A DNA stretch of 64,000 bases, taken from IMG/VR virus record IMGVR_UViG_3300033571_014589, positions 1-64,000 of that record; one strand, given 5' to 3'. Below are positions 60,701 through 64,000 of the stretch, piece by piece (positions within the stretch are counted from its first letter, which is position 1; every line of letters starts with the position of its first letter). The position numbers were made by a program, and so were the translations under genes. Below the pieces are notes generated by a model. It saw only the letters and a program-made list of their open reading frames with translations. It was not told the DNA's origin and did no database searches. Origin of the DNA: an uncultured virus (IMG/VR IMGVR_UViG_3300033571_014589). Its lineage: Duplodnaviria; Heunggongvirae; Uroviricota; Caudoviricetes.

Positions 60701-62365
60701 ATTAAAGAAAATAACCCATATATTTATGACTCATTAAAGGAAAAACTTAAATTTTTTCATCCGTCGTTCCATTCTATTACACCTGAAGGGCTGAACTCAA
60801 GATTAACATTTTTAATGCAATGTACAAGACCTGGCGATACAATACCAACAAAACAGGCTGATGGTACATTTTTAGATAAAGATGCTAGAAACACATCCTT
60901 TGGGGCTCCACCAATATGTGTAATTAGAATTGGTGATTTCTATCATACTAAAGCGGTAATAAATAATGTTAAATTTAGTTATGAAGACAAGACCCTTGAT
61001 TTGAATCCTGAAGGTATCGGGGTTCAGCCAATGATAGTCGGTGTTTCAATAAGCTTTAATTTTATCGGAGGTCAGAGTCTTAAAGGACCAATCGATGAAT
61101 TACAAAACGCACTTTCTTTTAATTTCTTTGCAAATACTGAAATGTATGATGAAAGGGCGACTGTATTGACAGAATCTGCATATGATAAACAATTTATTGA
61201 AAACACACAACCTGAAGGAACAACAATTCAAAATACAAATACTGATTTATCAAATGAAGCTGGTGAATTTATTGGTAGGCTAAATGGTGATTTAAGTCCA
61301 AGTGGTTTAACAGGAAATAATGATTATAAAAATGTTATAGATAGTTTAATTGGTAGTTATGAACAATTATATAATGGAATCTATGATAAATTAGAACAGA
61401 TAAATACTGATTATAATTGGTCTGTTCTTCAGATATATACCTCTGAAAGAATATATAAAGAAGGGGTGTTAAAAACACCTACAGTAAAATCTAAAAATAT
61501 TTTTGGTTTATCAAAAAATTATAAACAAAAAATAAATGACATCTTTACAGAATTATATTTAGATATACAAGAAGAAAATCTTAGTATCTTTAATAAATTA
61601 CCTGAAAATATAACAAAGATTAAAACTTTAAAAAAACAATTAACAAATTTAGTTTTAGAAAAACAAAAAACATTTTTTGATGGGTTAGAAACAATAACAA
61701 AACAATTGTCACAATCTCAAATAGAATATGTAAGATTAATTGATAAATTAAATTTTTTATCTAATAATGCCGATGGAGTTATGGATAAAAAAGGTAACAT
61801 TAATTTATATAACACATTGTCTTCAGCAACGATTAACAATTTACTTATTAATTCCGATTCAATAACTGATGCTTCTTCAGTCATGATAAATCAATTAATA
61901 TCGAATCAAATTATTGAAGACCTAATTGATTATAACATTCTTGGACTTTCAGGTGTAAACACATTTGATAAATTTTCAAATTCATTATCAGATAAAAGAT
62001 TCTACACAATATTTGGATATGACTTATTGAATAATTATAACGAATTGGAAACAAAAATAATTGGAGAATTAACTCAAAGTCCGTGGAGAAAAAATATATC
62101 GGATAATTTGAATACTTATTATGGTAAAAAAAATACGGGTTACATTAATGAGCAAGGGATTAAAAAATTCAAGGATTTCAAAAAAACTAATCCTAAATTT
62201 TCATCATTATTACCGAGTAACTGGAATGAAATAGTAAAAACTAATAGACCAAATAGTTTGCAATTACAAACACCAATCAACTCTACAATCAAAACCCAAT
62301 TTGAAGAATTATATTCAGGAGTAAATTCTCAAGGAGATAAATTTAATGGTAAATTTACATTTTAA
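57707..62365 (+). CDS. Large baseplate/tube-initiator-like protein
   Basis: Split tube-fold-like motifs WFPPYDLSFSD..FLGRPEAIYTY..R.G.L.F and PPICVIRIGDFY.TK.VI..V.FSY. Confidence 0.55.
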   Translation: MASGPLSFSTTESLRKKLLSKNLEPYFVNGSTSPKSNAQDVGTKETEWIELPLVNQQDLDKSGEIPQIKLNVLNQYGPDNGRGPSAVFKNQGTKSNQGEFIYQTDNTNKFKESEQEQKELLVLNRFAPQNGWSDAASELESKIIQPQIRDEYVSDSLKPNLYRPSKYTSAQIYLQDNPTGSDGTLSQDSILAQLGAKKLKQLFLDSVAFEIRQQTTGRANAIIAAQDPYLASKIITGRAPLIEPNWSVTVPDSALGKTVNFAARVTGAYSPFSYIPGDYFSFVQPTSLLNQTINRVAGFFGSPNILPTRKTASDIFLAYTGQGTRKLLFGSLGLNKFAPDYRANFINQLGLSAPKGNYYVGSRTSEPLDIVSPSGQIPVNEYGKEVETNVYGPSVLGKLYENDLEFKFGLNQTSTIDGGGLQGGFTWVSPKYKGNAGFNVGKGGDPKGQDPNYQPIAAQYTNSESTQYSFKQGSILDDTQRLINSQPNGGKRLQHVGNAIDQVSKVFNDGYKEITKGSRVIKYVDQNGTFVGTEYGRVFAKDIPYYENTKLQKTEGNIRKNANSILDKTYNLNIFPTTGPDSTTISDGRVKKYMLSIENLAWRTSRRPGLTYADLPESEKGPNGGRVMWFPPYDLSFSDDSTVDWNSNTFLGRPEAIYTYKGTSRGGSLNFKIVVDHPSIMNLIVNNVLSNTNSSQVADQVLDSFFAGLTKFDIYELAKKYQNFSPTELQKIQDTINQSSNPEKIKDSLTANLNKGGTGAGGSMTSNASIGLQDYKPQLSAYINSEFFFNYNQSGGNSYSDALNQYESDNNFKIINNVQSTEIKNSYSRLENLSNQIKSTLDTNPNVTIKILLKSNSSYNEATTVKKDRLTCIEESIIKIVGKNTRLTFENKQGNDSDKLPTINYPCNSATTNNYAVGPVGCRRVIIDNIIETPLPNQNNPNGSTTQSPSTVVGNIASQFRLNNSLNNIATNDSSNLTESVSKAVLRKLLNESNYFQFIKENNPYIYDSLKEKLKFFHPSFHSITPEGLNSRLTFLMQCTRPGDTIPTKQADGTFLDKDARNTSFGAPPICVIRIGDFYHTKAVINNVKFSYEDKTLDLNPEGIGVQPMIVGVSISFNFIGGQSLKGPIDELQNALSFNFFANTEMYDERATVLTESAYDKQFIENTQPEGTTIQNTNTDLSNEAGEFIGRLNGDLSPSGLTGNNDYKNVIDSLIGSYEQLYNGIYDKLEQINTDYNWSVLQIYTSERIYKEGVLKTPTVKSKNIFGLSKNYKQKINDIFTELYLDIQEENLSIFNKLPENITKIKTLKKQLTNLVLEKQKTFFDGLETITKQLSQSQIEYVRLIDKLNFLSNNADGVMDKKGNINLYNTLSSATINNLLINSDSITDASSVMINQLISNQIIEDLIDYNILGLSGVNTFDKFSNSLSDKRFYTIFGYDLLNNYNELETKIIGELTQSPWRKNISDNLNTYYGKKNTGYINEQGIKKFKDFKKTNPKFSSLLPSNWNEIVKTNRPNSLQLQTPINSTIKTQFEELYSGVNSQGDKFNGKFTF

Positions 62366-62682
62366 TGGAATATTTTAACAGATACAATCAATTTTTAATA
62401 GACGGAGAACAGACAGTTGTTCCATATGTTACTTTACCACGAAAGTCTACAGATATTAAATATATCTACAGAGCGGGTACAAGTAGATTAGATAAAATAA
62501 GTCAACAATATTATAACTCACCATATTTTGGTTGGTTAATTATGGTTGCAAATCCTGAATTTGGAGGATTAGAATGGAATATACCTGATAATTCCGTAAT
62601 TGTAATACCTTACCCTTTAAATGCATCAATTCAGGATTATAATAATGCAATAAAAACTAGATTCTATTATTATGGCAGATAA
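62365..62682 (+). CDS. LysM-like baseplate wedge protein, gp53-like
   Basis: RLDKISQQYY..PY.GWLI..ANP....E..IP....I.IP. Confidence 0.7.
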   Translation: MEYFNRYNQFLIDGEQTVVPYVTLPRKSTDIKYIYRAGTSRLDKISQQYYNSPYFGWLIMVANPEFGGLEWNIPDNSVIVIPYPLNASIQDYNNAIKTRFYYYGR

Positions 62683-64000
62683 CTTTGGTGGAGGTGAAAA
62701 TATATTTTATATTGATGATGCAAACATCGTTTTAATTGACCCAAATGCAATTATTGATTCAGATGGTCGAAAAAAAGATAGAGTAATAAAACAAGAAAAT
62801 CTTGTTATGTATGCAAACTTGGAAGTCGAATCGGTTCCAAGAACAAAATTATCAGTAGGTCAAAGTGTTGATAGTGGTATAAGTAATTATACGATTGCGT
62901 CAATTAATTTTCTGAAACCACAAGGTAAAAACGTTTTTGATACAAGTTACACAGACCAACTAACCGCAGGAAGAAATTTACAAGGTACTGTAAACCAACT
63001 ATCGTTTGATAAAAATGATAATCCGCAACAATTAAATTATGTTGATACACAGTTATTAGGTATAAAATCAATAAATGTTGATATTAAAAACAATGGAGTT
63101 CCAACCGTAAGTATGACATTAGTTGACATACAAGGAAGGGCATTGTTTGAAACAGGTGGAAACTCCCCCTATTCTGTATTTTTATATTATCCATATCCAT
63201 TATTTAGGCTAACCCTAAAGGGCTATTATGGTAAGGCAATTCAATATGAATTAATGTTAAGAAGTTTTAACGCTTCATTTGAACAATCAACAGGTAACTA
63301 TAACATTGATTTACAATTCATTGCAAGAACTAGCGCGATTTTAGATGATATAAGACTTGGTTATTTATTTGCGTTACCAAATATGTACCCAAGATATGAA
63401 GTACCTGTAATAAATAGTGATACAACATCACAACAGGCAACCGCAAGTCAACAACAAATTGGTGTAAATGTCGCACAACAATCAACAATTGTTAGAACAT
63501 CAAGAGGGTATAACAAAATAAAAGAAGTATTTGAAGAATATAAAAAGGACGGATTAATAGATAGTTCAGTTCCTATTATGACTTTAAATGAAATGCAGAT
63601 TAATTTATCAAAATACACACAATTTTTAAATGATGAGTTTGAAAAATTACCATTTGAAGATTTAGTCGCTCTTCAAAAGTATAAGGAAACTGTTGATACG
63701 TTTTCAACGGAGATTGAAAAATGGAGAACCACATATACCGACAATGGTAACATTTTGGTTTTGACAGATAAAACTAAGATGTATCAACTTAAAAATTTAA
63801 CGATAAATGACGAAAGTAGTAATACTACAAAATCAAATACCGCAAATGCGGAATTAGAAAAAATATTAAATAATAATAAAGGTATTTTAGAAACCATTCC
63901 AAGATGGAGTAAAGAAATTGCAATACCTGATAATTTTTTTAAGATAACTAATTTTCAGAAAAAATTTACAGAAGGTGAGATAGATTACATACAAACTTTT
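62672..64000 (+). CDS. Large baseplate hub-like protein (3' truncated; not in ORF track)
   Basis: ATG 62672 MADNFGGGENIFYIDD..; LGIKSINV..P.V.M.LVDIQGRALFE..SPY..F..PYPLF.L.LKGYYGKA; frame runs to the window end. Confidence 0.65.
   Translation, partial: MADNFGGGENIFYIDDANIVLIDPNAIIDSDGRKKDRVIKQENLVMYANLEVESVPRTKLSVGQSVDSGISNYTIASINFLKPQGKNVFDTSYTDQLTAGRNLQGTVNQLSFDKNDNPQQLNYVDTQLLGIKSINVDIKNNGVPTVSMTLVDIQGRALFETGGNSPYSVFLYYPYPLFRLTLKGYYGKAIQYELMLRSFNASFEQSTGNYNIDLQFIARTSAILDDIRLGYLFALPNMYPRYEVPVINSDTTSQQATASQQQIGVNVAQQSTIVRTSRGYNKIKEVFEEYKKDGLIDSSVPIMTLNEMQINLSKYTQFLNDEFEKLPFEDLVALQKYKETVDTFSTEIEKWRTTYTDNGNILVLTDKTKMYQLKNLTINDESSNTTKSNTANAELEKILNNNKGILETIPRWSKEIAIPDNFFKITNFQKKFTEGEIDYIQTF

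Noticed and set aside
1..64000. Genome-wide stop-codon reassignment
   Set aside because: Code 11 gives dense, full-length genes, and TAA, TAG and TGA all end genes; the TAA at 33373-33375 is a single local case.
1..64000. tRNA or rRNA genes
   Set aside because: Intergenic gaps are short and none shows a cloverleaf or T-loop (GTTCRA) context that I could support by eye.
1..64000. Firm host assignment (e.g. Bacteroidota)
   Set aside because: Scarce Shine-Dalgarno sites are suggestive, but the candidate early promoters look like canonical TTGA/TAnnnT; the evidence is insufficient without searches.

Overview
AT-rich 64-kb segment of a large T4-like myovirus (jumbo/huge-phage type), read in standard code 11. 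It contains the 3' part of a gp23-like major capsid gene, a Hef-like mobile endonuclease, candidate head-packaged proteins, a gp5-like spike and a sigma-like factor. A ~20-kb single-strand glycosylation/sugar-metabolism cluster holds about 12 glycosyltransferase-like genes, a tandem nucleotidyltransferase, a PRK-like kinase, a class II aldolase, HADs, PhoH and dUTPase. Further on are a family B DNA polymerase, a Mn-SOD fusion, an SNF2-like helicase with an Ala1 (class 3-like) LAGLIDADG intein, and a neck/sheath/tube/chaperone/tape-measure/baseplate module. Main hypotheses: (1) the first gene of the glycosylation operon has an in-frame Gly-stop-Gly (GGT-TAA-GGA) directly behind a 15-bp GC-rich coding-sequence hairpin, a candidate programmed stop-hop/bypass switch; (2) virion proteins are strongly enriched in an [S/T]-G-x-[S/T] motif, a candidate sequon for the phage glycosyltransferases; (3) a set of cargo polyproteins is punctuated by [I/L]-x-E prohead-protease-like sites; (4) there is a +1 frameshift (TTT-TTT-CGG) in the tail chaperone gene; (5) TATTTAT is a late-promoter-like motif; (6) the DNA polymerase gene has a structured 5' leader. 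All family assignments come from motif recognition by eye; no database searches were run.
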